Assembly: GCF_000195855.1 (NCBI RefSeq) | Contig: NC_002677.1 | Coordinates: 960,001 to 992,000, forward strand | DNA: 32,000 bases | Direction of reading: 5' to 3' | Source of the DNA: Mycobacterium leprae TN | GTDB taxonomy: Bacteria > Actinomycetota > Actinomycetes > Mycobacteriales > Mycobacteriaceae | Shown: positions 12,701 to 21,990 of the stretch, piece after piece | How the letters are laid out: the number at the start of each line of letters is the position of its first letter | Numbering within the stretch: position 1 is the stretch's first letter | Position numbers and translations under genes: made by a program | Notes under the pieces: model-generated | Databases searched by the model: none | What the model was told of the DNA's origin: nothing | What the model saw: only the letters and a program-made list of their open reading frames with translations

Positions 12701-12884
12701 TTTGCAGGATTGGGCCGGCGGTCGCCATCGAACGCGCGCAGGATGCACATAACACCAGCTGACCGTGATCATTGGTGTAACGTTGTTCGGCGGAAGATCA
12801 ATGCGATAACCGTCCCGCAGTTCATCACCCGGCGCAACGCCCGGTTGCGCACACTGTGCGATACGGCCGTATTGTCCGGCTTGA
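9781..12884 (+). pseudogene. adnA: adnA-like UvrD-family helicase-nuclease pseudogene
   Basis: Fragments lie in shifting frames. Walker A GDPGTGKSSLLVDAAV (about 9850); motif II LLIDDAQQL and motif III CDPNQAVFSFRSGEP (10530-10650); RecB-type nuclease GRLVIADIKISKTSVSKDDMQQHAQLATYKLAVAE (12540-12650); Fe-S Cys tail GCAHCAIRPYCPA then TGA at 12882. The longest intact piece is about 107 codons. Confidence 0.7.
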
Positions 12885-13008
12885 ACCGACGGGTTTGCGC
12901 TGTGACTAGATTTGTGGGTGATGATTCGCCACGCACGGCTGGATTAGTCGGTACCCTAGGACTGTCGCCCACCTACGAGCAAGCAGCCGCCATCGCCGTG
13001 CCGTAGGG

Positions 13009-13045
13009 TCCGTTTTGTCGTCATTACCGGTGCCGACAAAACGGA
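13009..13045. repeat. Perfect inverted repeat with 12-bp arms (13009-13020 and 13034-13045) and a 13-nt spacer
   Basis: TCCGTTTTGTCG tcattaccggtgc CGACAAAACGGA, verified pair by pair. It spans the degraded Walker-A codons of the adnB pseudogene. Confidence 0.9.
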
Positions 13046-14108
13046 AACGATGGTCGCGCCGGTGGTCTGCGTTGGTCGTCAACGGCTGCGCCGAACTAGG
13101 CCGGGTTCTGTGCTTGATGTTCGACTGCAAGGCCGCCAGCTCAGCTGCTGCGCCGCGTTCGTTCCCGGTTGGTCGGTATCAGGCCCGGGGCTCACTAGTC
13201 CCGCGGTCCTGGCAGCCGTCGAATCGAGAATCATAACCTATCACGTTTGCGCCGGCTCGCTGCTCCATGACTATGGCTTGTTGTTACCCGTCGAGTTTGA
13301 CACCCGGTTGTTCAGCGAGACCGAGCTGTGGGCAGCTGCCCTTCGACGTCGTCAACGGGTATCGCGGCGAGTACGATACGGACAAGACCCCGACTTCGGT
13401 GACCTCAATGGTGTTGCCGGTTGTTGGGTCAACTCACGGAATATCTGGTGGATACCCAGCAGTTCTGTGACACCCATGTGGAACTGGAGTGGCTGGTGCA
13501 CGCCTTGTTTACTGGCTTCTACCAGAGTGACTGCGGCTCCAGCCAGTGGTTGCTGCGTATGTTGGTCACCCAGACTGGGCGCGCCGTGCTGGTGCTGCTG
13601 CTCGACGCGCTGGTTGAGTGGGTGCGCGTCGCGAAGATGATGGATTTCGGTGTTCAGATGGCCTGTGCGACGCGTTTGGCCGCGACGTTCCCGCAAGTCT
13701 GCTCAAGACCTGCGCAGTCGCTACCGGGTGGTGGTGCTCGGACGAGTACCAAGACACCGGACATGCCCGGCGCCTCACGTTGTCAGGGGACTGTTCGGGG
13801 GTGGCGGGAACGAAGGAGACGACGAACTGGCGTGGACAGTGGTAGGAATTCCCATTCCGTCCATGTACGGATGGCTTGGCGCTTCCGCGACGAACTTGCC
13901 TCGCTCCACCACCGACTTCCCTCGATCCAGGGATAGGACTATTCCGGTGGTAGAGCTGCGGGTCAGCTGGCGTAGTTCGCTGTGCACTCTACGCGTAAGC
14001 AACGACATATCTGCGGAAGCACGAGGATCGGTTGCGGTCCGCGCGCTGCGCTACTTCCCGACATGCGCGCCGGACGCGAGTAGATCGCCGACCACATATC
14101 CGCGCACT

Positions 14109-14154
14109 ACCAGCACCGACGGCAGTCGGCTCGCCGACTGCCGTCGGTGCTGGT
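14109..14154. repeat. Near-complete 46-bp palindrome: perfect 22-bp arms (14109-14130 and 14133-14154) with a 2-nt centre
   Basis: ACCAGCACCGACGGCAGTCGGC tc GCCGACTGCCGTCGGTGCTGGT, verified. It lies inside the adnB pseudogene. Confidence 0.95.
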
Positions 14155-15889
14155 GCATTGTAATGAGGACACTGCACCCAATCGCTTATGCTCTGCACGC
14201 CCGCGGAATCCTGGTGGAAGTCGGTCGGCCGGGCCGGCCTGCTATCCATCCCTGAAGTCGCTGGTGTGGTAGTTGCTACGGTTCGTCGCTAATTCTACGA
14301 CCGGCGCTGCGGCAGTGCGTGTGTTGACTGGTCCCCGTTAGCAGCTTGGTGGTTGCGATGTAGCCCTGCTGCGGCGGGGCGTGTTGGTGTTGGGTGGGCT
14401 ACACTGCTGCGAGGTACGCTTTACCGGAGTAGATTGTTATGGCGGCCGGTAGTCTTGATGTTGATATCGTTTGTCTGACCGTCACGCTCGGCGGTCTCGG
14501 ACCAGACAGTTCGTATTCGGTTCCGGGCTATCAGCGTATCTGTGCGTTCGCCGGCGAACTAAATGCGTTACGCGGCCATCTGTGTAATTAGTTGCTCGAC
14601 CTGGTTGCCTAAATACGTCGTGTGCTGGGTGTCGACTGCGAAGTCCGAGCGCTGCCACCCAGCTCTCGGGTGCTTGGTCCGGTGCCGAACATCTTGACGC
14701 CTTCCCCTATGTGGTTGCCGAGTATGCCGAGCGGGCAATCGCTACGACGAGTGAGACCAATGCGTCGACTGCAGCTAAGCTGGCGCACTCGGTATTCCGA
14801 TGCTGGATCCATCGGATGTCGCCAAGCGAAAGCAGCTGTCGGGCAAGATCTTCGCTCATCGTCACCAATTTGAGCAATGGCGTGTCAGCGAGGAACGCCG
14901 TCTGTTGTACGTGGGCACCATTAGTGTCGAGGACACGTTGCTGGTCTTCAGGCATGGCGGGGTCCCACTGAGATCAAGCCGCCGCGGTCCTTTTGATTTC
15001 CTGTGTGCATTCAAGGACATTATCGACCGATCGGCCGCGGCCGGCGATCCCTGCGGGGTGGTGTAACAGTGGGAATCTTCTCCCGCCTTTGGTGCACGAA
15101 ATACGCTGATCGACAAAGTTATCGAAGTTTTTGTCTTGCTTATCTTACATGTTGTCCGGGATCCGCAGTGACGTCGAACACTGGGCAGCGTTGGTGGTCG
15201 TCACGATGGTGGACGATATGGCTAATCCCAGCACCGGTATCGAGGCTGGGTTACCGGCGTCGATGCCCTACTGGCCGAGTGTTCAAGCGCTGAAAGGTGT
15301 CTTGCCTGCACTCTGCCCAGTTATACCAGTTATTAAGTGTCGGTCACTGGTTTGGTGGGCCTGGCTCGAGATCCAATCGGTGCGGTTTGACCGCTAATAC
15401 ATCGGCTGCCTACTCGCCCGCATTACTGGGTAATGCGTTTCACGCCCGGGTTCATCGGTTCTACGGCGCAGAGCGGCTGTTCGATCTTGCTTACTTGCCA
15501 GGTGCTGCAGATTCCGACGTCGTAGACACCCGGGAGTTGGCCGAGTTGCAGGCGGCGTTTGGCCGGTAGCGGTAGGCTATCCGCACGTCCGTGGCGGTCG
15601 AGGTGCTATTCGAAATACCCAATCGGTGGTAACGCGCTGCGCGGTTGCGTTGACGCAGTGTTAGTCGATCTTTATGGTTACATCATCGTGATGGATTGGA
15701 TGACCGGTGAGTCGCCGCGCGGGGCGGAGGCCATGCGTCAGGCCGCCGTCTACCGCTTAGCGTGGGTGGTTTTGTGCGGATGCCCAGAGTCATCGGTGCG
15801 TGCGGACTTTATACTACTTGCGTAGCGGAGTTACGGTCACCCCCGATTAGTTGCTTGACGCTACCGATCTGGAGGGGCTGCTGGGTGAT

Positions 15890-15916
15890 TACGTTGGCAG
15901 CTGCGCTGCCAACGTA
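15890..15916 (+). terminator. 12-bp-stem, 3-nt-loop hairpin ending at the adnB stop codon; possible tail-less (I-shaped) terminator
   Basis: TACGTTGGCAGC tgc GCTGCCAACGTA is followed immediately by TGA at 15917-15919. There is no U-tract, so a terminator function is only inferred. Confidence 0.35.
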
Positions 15917-15993
15917 TGACGGGAGCTGTTCAACTACTTTTAGTGGAGCCAGCGATCGTGGTTACATTAGGTGTCGTGTACTAGGTTAAGGCA

Positions 15994-17100
15994 ATGACAG
16001 ACCGCCGTGCGGAGCGGTAGGTTGCCGGCAGCGCGGCGGTCTCTATAGGACATTGGCTGCCCAGCCCTGGTGGGTTATCTATCCTGGTTGGTGTTCTGGC
16101 GTATCCCTGAGGTTCACTCTAGCCTTGTACGCGTGATCTACACGCCGAATGGTCATTGCTTTGGTGGTGTTGTTCGCGGCCACTGTTGTGGTCTACCTGG
16201 ACCGAAGCGGATACCATTAGATCGCCTTTAATTTGTGGCTGTGTCACTATCGGCGATCGACTACAACCACATCATTTTGTGTGCTCAAGCCGTGCGTTTG
16301 CTCCATACCGTGGTCTTTATGCCTCTGCGGATCGGGTTCTTAACTGTGTTGGTTGGCACGATGCTCGAAGGTCTTCTTCAAGCGATTGCGGCGGGTGTGG
16401 AAGATCCAGCTTTGGAGGAACAGAGTGCGCAACTACGCCATCGTTATCGGCTACGGTACCAAGGGTAAAACGGCGGTAACCGCGAGGCTAAGCCCTGAAG
16501 CTGCGCAGGGCTCGATGGTCGTCGTTGATATCGATCGAACTGCCCTCGACCACGCCTCGACCGACGGCCTGGTCACGGTGCACGGCGACGCCACCAAATC
16601 CGATGTGCTGCGGTTGGCTGGGGCCAGCATGCCGTCCTCGATCGTCGTCGCTACAGGTCGCGATGACACCGCCGTGTTGGTCATCTTGACGGTTCGGTAG
16701 CTGTCTCCTAACGTCAAGATCGTTGTGTCGATCCATGAGTACGAGAATGAGCACCTGTTACAGCAATCAGGTGCGGGCTTTGTGCTGGTCTCGTAGGCGA
16801 CCTCCGGTCGACTGCTCGGCCTTGGTGTCGCCACGCCCGGTGTCGTGCAAGTGATCGGGGGGGGGCTGCTAACTCCGCACACCGAATTGGTGATTGCTGA
16901 ACGTGAGATGAAGCAGACCGAGGTCGGCAGATCCCCGCGGCATTTGCGCGATATCGGGCGTGGTTATGGTGCATGACGGCTACTTACTGCGCATCGGTAC
17001 ACCTGAGGTGGGGGACGTCATTGAGGCCAGCGACCGGTTGCTCTATGTCCGACACGCAGTACTGGTGCTGTGTTGTGGGTGTTTTGTCGGTGGTGGGTGA
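15994..17100 (+). pseudogene. K+ channel / TrkA-type RCK-domain transporter pseudogene
   Basis: MTDRRAER then a stop at the 5' end, with hydrophobic fragments in two frames. TrkA-N Rossmann segment NYAIVIGYGTKGKTAV...VVVDIDRTALDHASTDGLVTVHGDATKSDVLRLAGA...IVVATGRDDTAVLVILTVR then TAG at 16698. A TrkA-C-like tail (HDGYLLRIGTPEVGDVIEASDRLLYVR) is in another frame and ends at TGA 17098. Confidence 0.55.
16857..16865. repeat. G9 homopolymer tract
   Basis: Nine consecutive G counted at 16857-16865, inside the RCK pseudogene. Confidence 0.9.
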
Positions 17101-17775
17101 AATGGCTGTTTTTGCGTTTTATGACTGGCCGATATGTTCGGTAGTCGTGGGGGGCAGCCCGGAATCCTGTTGACGTGTTTTGCTGTGTTGCGGGGTTTTT
17201 GTTGGTGGGTGGCTGACTGCCTGCTTTCGATGAGGCTTCGTGTGCTTTGCCGCAGTGGACACGATTAGCGCGGCGCACGTAAGCATGTCGGTGGTGGGTG
17301 CTGCTTGGTCTACATGTTGATGATGCCAGGGGCTGGGCACCTGGGCTGTGCTGAAGGCGATATCGATGCAGGCGTGGGTGTGAGGATAGTTGTTAGCGCC
17401 GCGGGGTAGGGGCGTTTTAGTGTGCATGTCATGGCCTTGAGGTGTCGGCGTGGTCAATGTGGCCGCACCTGAACAGGCACGTCCCCGTGCACGGTATAAC
17501 TATTCGCACCTGATGTTATCCCTTGCACCATTTCTGCCGCTGGTATCGGTGTCGGCGGCTTGTTGACCGGCCCTCAGCCAGCAAGCAGGCATGCCGCCGG
17601 GTGCAGCAGTATCGTGTTAGTGAACAGTGCATCGATGATCCGGCCGTCGGCGGCACATACGGCAACCTTCTAGCGCAGATCAACCACCCACACCCCACCA
17701 GCCCACCACAACACCACCACCCAAACCAAACCAGCAAAAAATAACCACCAAATGACCATCACGACGACACCTTGA
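17060..17775 (+). mobile_element. RLEP dispersed repeat (M. leprae-specific repetitive element); boundaries approximate (+/- 50 bp)
   Basis: Contains TGCATGTCATGGCCTTGAGG (17423-17442) and the complement of CACCGATACCAGCGGCAGAA (17532-17551), spaced 129 bp. Also contains GCAGTATCGTGTTAGTGAACAGTGCA (17606-17631), TCGATGATCCGGCCGTCGGCG (17632-17652) and the complement of CGCTAGAAGGTTGCCGTATGTGC (17653-17675). As I recall them, these are the standard RLEP primers and probe. No credible ORF. The left part is G/T-rich and the right end C/A-rich. Confidence 0.9.
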
Positions 17776-17782
17776 GGCGGTT

Positions 17783-18178
17783 TCAGGACCGACATTCTGA
17801 GCAGGTGCCAAAGATTTCGATGGTGTGGCTAACGTCAGAGAATCCATGCTTGGCGGCCACTTCTGCCGCCCATGCCTCGACTTCGTGGTCGCCGACCTCG
17901 ATAGTGGAACCGCAGCCTCGGCACACCAGATGGTGGTGATGCTGCCTGGAACATCTGCGGTAGACCGATTCACCGGTGTTGGTGCGCAACGTGTCGACCA
18001 TTCCCGCCTCTGCCATCGATTGCAGGGTACGGTAGACGGTGGTCAAGCTGATATTATTGCCGCGGCGGCGCAGCTCGTTGTGAAGCTCCTGGGCTGAGCG
18101 GAAGTCATCGACCGTCTCCAACAGCGTTGATATTGCCGCGCGTTGTCGGGTGGAACGGACGCTGGCTCCAGTCATCAT
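17783..18178 (-). CDS. zur: Fur-family zinc uptake regulator (Zur/FurB)
   Basis: 131 aa. RSTRQRAAISTLLETVDDFRSAQELHNELRRRGNNISLTTVYRTLQSM, HHHHLVCRGCG and a C-terminal CSEC. Typical Fur fold with two CxxC pairs. Confidence 0.9.
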   Translation of the reverse strand: MMTGASVRSTRQRAAISTLLETVDDFRSAQELHNELRRRGNNISLTTVYRTLQSMAEAGMVDTLRTNTGESVYRRCSRQHHHHLVCRGCGSTIEVGDHEVEAWAAEVAAKHGFSDVSHTIEIFGTCSECRS

Positions 18179-18251
18179 CTGCGCCGCTTCCCTTCATCGC
18201 GTCGTCCCTCGCAAGCGAGCGGTGCCTCTACTGCATCGTAGCTGGCGCGGG

Positions 18252-18674
18252 TCACAGTGCATCCACGCCAGCGTGGGCGACGGCATCGACGACGATGTGC
18301 GTCAGGTGGTAGTCAGCAAGCCGGTAAAGCATTTCGCGTCCGGAGCGCTCTCCGGCGACGATCCCCGCCCCCTTGAGGATTTTTAGGTGTTGGCTAACCA
18401 GTGGCTGTGGTATGCCCAGTGCGTCGACTAGTTCGTGGACGCATCGCTGCGATTCGCGCAGTTGCAGCACGATGGCGATGCGAACGGGTGCGGCTAGTGC
18501 GCGCAACAGCTCCCCGGCTGCATCCAGAGTCTCGCGCGGTGGGGGTGCGGGGTAATCCGCTAACCTCGAAATCCCATCAGCGCCGTGCTCGTGCCCCTCA
18601 ACTAAACCTGAGCTTAAGTCGGTGGTCGTGGATGGGAGGTCAACGGTGGTCGATGTTGACGGGGACGTCACCAT
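18252..18674 (-). CDS. smtB: ArsR/SmtB-family metal-responsive repressor
   Basis: 140 aa. ELLRALAAPVRIAIVLQLRESQRCVHELVDALGIPQPLVSQHLKILKGAGIVAGERSGREMLYRL is the ArsR winged-helix core. It lies directly upstream of zur on the same strand with a 73-nt gap. Confidence 0.85.
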   Translation of the reverse strand: MVTSPSTSTTVDLPSTTTDLSSGLVEGHEHGADGISRLADYPAPPPRETLDAAGELLRALAAPVRIAIVLQLRESQRCVHELVDALGIPQPLVSQHLKILKGAGIVAGERSGREMLYRLADYHLTHIVVDAVAHAGVDAL

Positions 18675-18840
18675 ATTTAGGTCATCACCTTCGAGGAGTA
18701 CCTGGTATTGAATTCGTTAGGGTAATTCCACCGTCACATGCGTGATGGCGCATGTCAAAGCTGGTGGAGGTGATCGCTACCATGACTGATGCTTTGCGCA
18801 CACGGATCGTTGTTGCGCGACCGTTCGGATTAGAAAAGGA

Positions 18841-20232
18841 GTGCCCTGCCTCGTGGCATCCGTCATCGATACAGTAGTTAACCTGGCCAAGCGGCGCGGC
18901 TTTGTCTATCCTGCGGGTGAGATTTACGGCGGCACAAAATCGGCGTGGGATTACGGTCCGCTCGGTGTAGAGTTCAAGGAGAACATCAAGCGGCAGTGGT
19001 GGCGCTCGGTGGTGACCGGACGTGAGGATGTCGTGGGAATCGATTCGTCGATCATCCTGCCGCGACAAGTATGGGTGGCGTCTGGCCACCTCGAGATCTT
19101 CCACGACCCACTGGTCGAGTCATTGATCACCCACAAGCGCTACCGTGCTGACCATCTGATCGAGGCCTACGAGGCTAAACATGGGCAGTCGCCGTGTAAC
19201 GGCCTGGCTGATATTCGCGATCCGGACACCGGCGAGCCCGGTCAGTGGACGGAGCCTCGGGAGTTTAACTTGATGCTGAAGACTTATCTCGGACCGATCG
19301 AGACTGAGGAGGGGTTGCACTATCTGCGGCCCGAGACAGCGCAGGGCATCTTCATCAACTTTGCAAACGTGGTGACGACCGCCCGCCGCAAGCCTCCGTT
19401 CGGTATTGGACAAATTGGCAAGAGTTTTCGTAACGAGATCACCCCGGGAAACTTTATCTTCCGCACCCGCGAGTTCGAACAGATGGAGATGGAGTTTTTC
19501 GTGGAGCCATCGACCGCGCGGGACTGGCACCAGTACTGGATCGACACCCGGATGCAGTGGTATGTCGAACTTGGTATCGATCCGCAGAACCTGCGGCTGT
19601 TTGAACACCCGAAGGACAAGTTGTCGCACTATTCCGACCGTACCGTCGATATCGAATACAAGTTCGGTTTTGTCGGTAACCCGTGGGGAGAATTGGAAGG
19701 TGTTGCCAACAGAACCGACTTCGACTTGTCAACGCACGCAAGGTATTCCGGAGTTGACCTGTCGTTCTACGATCAGGTCAACGATACTCGGTACACGCCA
19801 TATGTCATAGAACCGGCAGCCGGTCTGACTCGATCGTTCATGGCGTTCTTGATTGACGCCTACACCGAGGATGAAGCCCCAAATACCAGGGGCGGGATGG
19901 ACAAACGTGCGCTGCTTCGACTGGATCCGCGGTTGGCACCGATTAAGGCCGCTGTGTTGCCGCTATTCCGGCACGTCGATTTGAGCCCCAAAGCCCGTGA
20001 CTTGGCCGCAGAATTGCGTAAATGCTGGAACAGCGAATTCGACGATGCCGGCGCCATTGGGCGACGCTACCGACGCCAGGACGAGGTTGGTACGCCGTTC
20101 TGTGTGACAGTGGACTTCGAGTCACTTGACGACAACGCCGTTACCGTGCGCGAGCGTGACGCCATGACGCAGGAGCGGGTCGCGATGACTAACGTTGCCG
20201 ATTATCTTGCAGTGCGGCTCAAAGGTAGCTAG
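18841..20232 (+). CDS. glyS: Glycyl-tRNA synthetase (class II, homodimeric type)
   Basis: 463 aa, GTG start. [35 protein letters not shown] and class II motif region [25 protein letters not shown]. The anticodon-binding C-terminal domain is intact. Divergent from smtB-zur. Confidence 0.95.
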   Translation: MPCLVASVIDTVVNLAKRRGFVYPAGEIYGGTKSAWDYGPLGVEFKENIKRQWWRSVVTGREDVVGIDSSIILPRQVWVASGHLEIFHDPLVESLITHKRYRADHLIEAYEAKHGQSPCNGLADIRDPDTGEPGQWTEPREFNLMLKTYLGPIETEEGLHYLRPETAQGIFINFANVVTTARRKPPFGIGQIGKSFRNEITPGNFIFRTREFEQMEMEFFVEPSTARDWHQYWIDTRMQWYVELGIDPQNLRLFEHPKDKLSHYSDRTVDIEYKFGFVGNPWGELEGVANRTDFDLSTHARYSGVDLSFYDQVNDTRYTPYVIEPAAGLTRSFMAFLIDAYTEDEAPNTRGGMDKRALLRLDPRLAPIKAAVLPLFRHVDLSPKARDLAAELRKCWNSEFDDAGAIGRRYRRQDEVGTPFCVTVDFESLDDNAVTVRERDAMTQERVAMTNVADYLAVRLKGS

Positions 20233-20739
20233 TGGAAGTGTTCTCGGGTCGTTTGAGCGTGTCGGGGCCCTACTGTCAATGATATACCGCGAAGCGCTGC
20301 AGGGTGTCAGTGTGAACGAAGTTGTTCGCTGATTGAGTTTGATTGTTGCGCGATGTCGTAGCACCGTTCTACCGCGGACTGGGCTCTGAGTCGAGATGGT
20401 TGCCGCTTGTCCATCCCGGGTTGGGGTCATTTGCTGCCCAGCACGCCCAGAGTGACGCGGTTACTTTCCGTGCGATCGGTTACTTTCCACCGTAGATCCG
20501 TGACAACGACCCCAATAGTGGTCCGACGAAGGTCATCTTGCTGTACTATCCAGCGCTGCGTCGCCAATCCCCTGAAACTGTAGAGGTTTTGTTTGTAGTG
20601 GGGGTGATTGTTGGTGTGAAGCTGGGAGCTGCGTGATTCGGCGGGGCAGGGCTCTGTGCTTGCCATTGCTCCTGCGCGGTGCTGGGCGGAAAGAACAGCG
20701 GCGGTGGAGCCGCTTCCATCTGGGTTCGTGTGATTTGTC

Positions 20740-21990
20740 CGTGGTCGGGCTGGGTGCCAGGTGTCGCGTTGTTCGGCTGTGTGCAGATGTGTTCGTAATC
20801 GATCGGACTGAGCATGCCGTTGGTGGGATGCTTATGTGCCCTGTTAAGTTGTTAGTCCAGCAATAACTGCGTGGAACAGTTTCTTACCGGTTATGGATTA
20901 TGGAAGTGGTTGTTACGCAATCATTACCATTCAATGGGGGAGTTCGAAGATTCCCCGACAGCATCGTCAAGATCGGACCCGGTACGCCCTATCGACTGCG
21001 TGACATCGCCTTGATCGGTTTGGAAAATCACTCTGGCTACCGACCCACAGAGAACCGCGGTGGCCATACACAACGCTGCTCGCGCCAACGCGGCGTTGTG
21101 GTGGATGTCTATGGCAAAATTGGGCACTCGCCGTAATGCAGGTTCAGCACCGAGGCCAGATGCAGTTTGCCTTCATCGACCGAAATCTCGGTCAGACTCC
21201 CCATCCATACCACGTTCGGCTCCTCGTGCGGAGTGAAGTACCAACGTAGCAAGTCCGGGGCCTTACGTGCCGATTTATTCGGCTTGGTGGTGCCGCACCG
21301 GCGGCGTGTGCGTCGAACTGCTAAACCCTGTTCGCACATCATCGCCGCCACGGTGTTGGGCGCGACCCGCCAACCCATTGCCCGCAGATCGGTAGTGATA
21401 CGTGGTGAACCATAAGTTTGCTTGTGTTTGTGAATCAGGTAGACGACGGTGGCAGCCAAGGTGTTTTTCTCCGCTGACGACGCGGTGAGCCATCCCCATG
21501 GGGCCACTTGTGAAACCACGCTTATGCCGCGCCCACTGCCCGGCGCAACATCACATGCGCGGGATTAGTGTGCCGCACCCTCTCTGGGTATAGTACTCAG
21601 CGCTGCCAGGCTCACTGCCGCATCGCTTCTTTGATCCAGAGGGCTGCTGAGTGCTTGAGTACCTCGCGCTTCATCGCCAATTCGGCGTTCTTTTTACGCG
21701 GCCGGTTAAGCTCCTCGCGTTCGCTCTGTTTCAACGGGACCTCACCGTCTCGAGCACGCGTCGGTCCAGATTCGCCTACAAGTCTAGCGTGCCTTCGTGC
21801 AGCCCCAGCTCCCGAGCCACCTGCGCGATCGGTTTACCCGTCCCCGAACGATACGAGACCGTTCCCTCACAGAACTCTCGATCGACACTTCGTCTTTCCA
21901 TCACCATCACTTCCTTCAAGACGATATCTCTACGGTACGTAGGGGAAGCCCAAAATACGGGCTCTGTTGGTGCGGACAAGTTTTAGGATG
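20740..21990 (-). mobile_element. IS3-family insertion sequence relic (decayed orfA/orfB transposase); ends not definable
   Basis: OrfA: ATG at 21901 with a GGAAG SD, MERRSVDREFCEGTVSYRSGTGKPIAQVARELGLHEGTL then a stop or frameshift, then the leucine-zipper part LKQSEREELNRPRKKNAELAMKREVLKHSAALWIKEAMRQ (stop at 21612). OrfB fragments: YGSPRITTDLRAMGWRVAPNTVAAMMCEQGL...PNVVWMGSLTEISVDEGKLHLASVLNL; VIFQTDQGDVTQS (degraded DDE region); SIGRTGSDLDDAVGES; C-terminal LSPIDYE at about 20800. Confidence 0.75.

Larger units (their letters stand above)
12902..15919 (+). pseudogene. adnB: adnB-like UvrD-family helicase-nuclease pseudogene
   Basis: N-terminus LGLSPTYEQAAAIAVP then a stop. Degraded Walker A VVITGADKTETM. 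ITYHVCAGSLLHDYGLLLPVEFDTRLFSETELW. Motif II DEYQDTGHA at 13741-13767. Nuclease module VDAVLVDLYGYIIVMDWMTGESP...QAAVYRLAW (15650-15760). Native-looking C-terminus LLDATDLEGLLGDYVGSCAANV then TGA at 15917. There are many stops and frameshifts. Confidence 0.7.

Noticed and set aside
17683-17750. C/A-rich low-complexity run (ccacccacaccccaccagcccaccacaacaccaccaccc...) as a microsatellite
   Set aside because: There is no regular repeat unit. It appears to be the intrinsic 3' portion of the RLEP element.
18736-18755. Small inverted repeat ACATGCG tgatgg CGCATGT in the smtB-glyS intergenic region as an SmtB operator
   Set aside because: Arms of 7 bp are expected many times by chance in 32 kb. I cannot match it to a known ArsR/SmtB 12-2-12 box from memory.
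20733-21985. Candidate terminal inverted repeats of the IS3 relic (TGTCCG at about 20733 and CGGACA at about 21975-21980)
   Set aside because: Only 6 bp match and the flanking bases diverge completely. This is expected by chance and insufficient to define the element ends.
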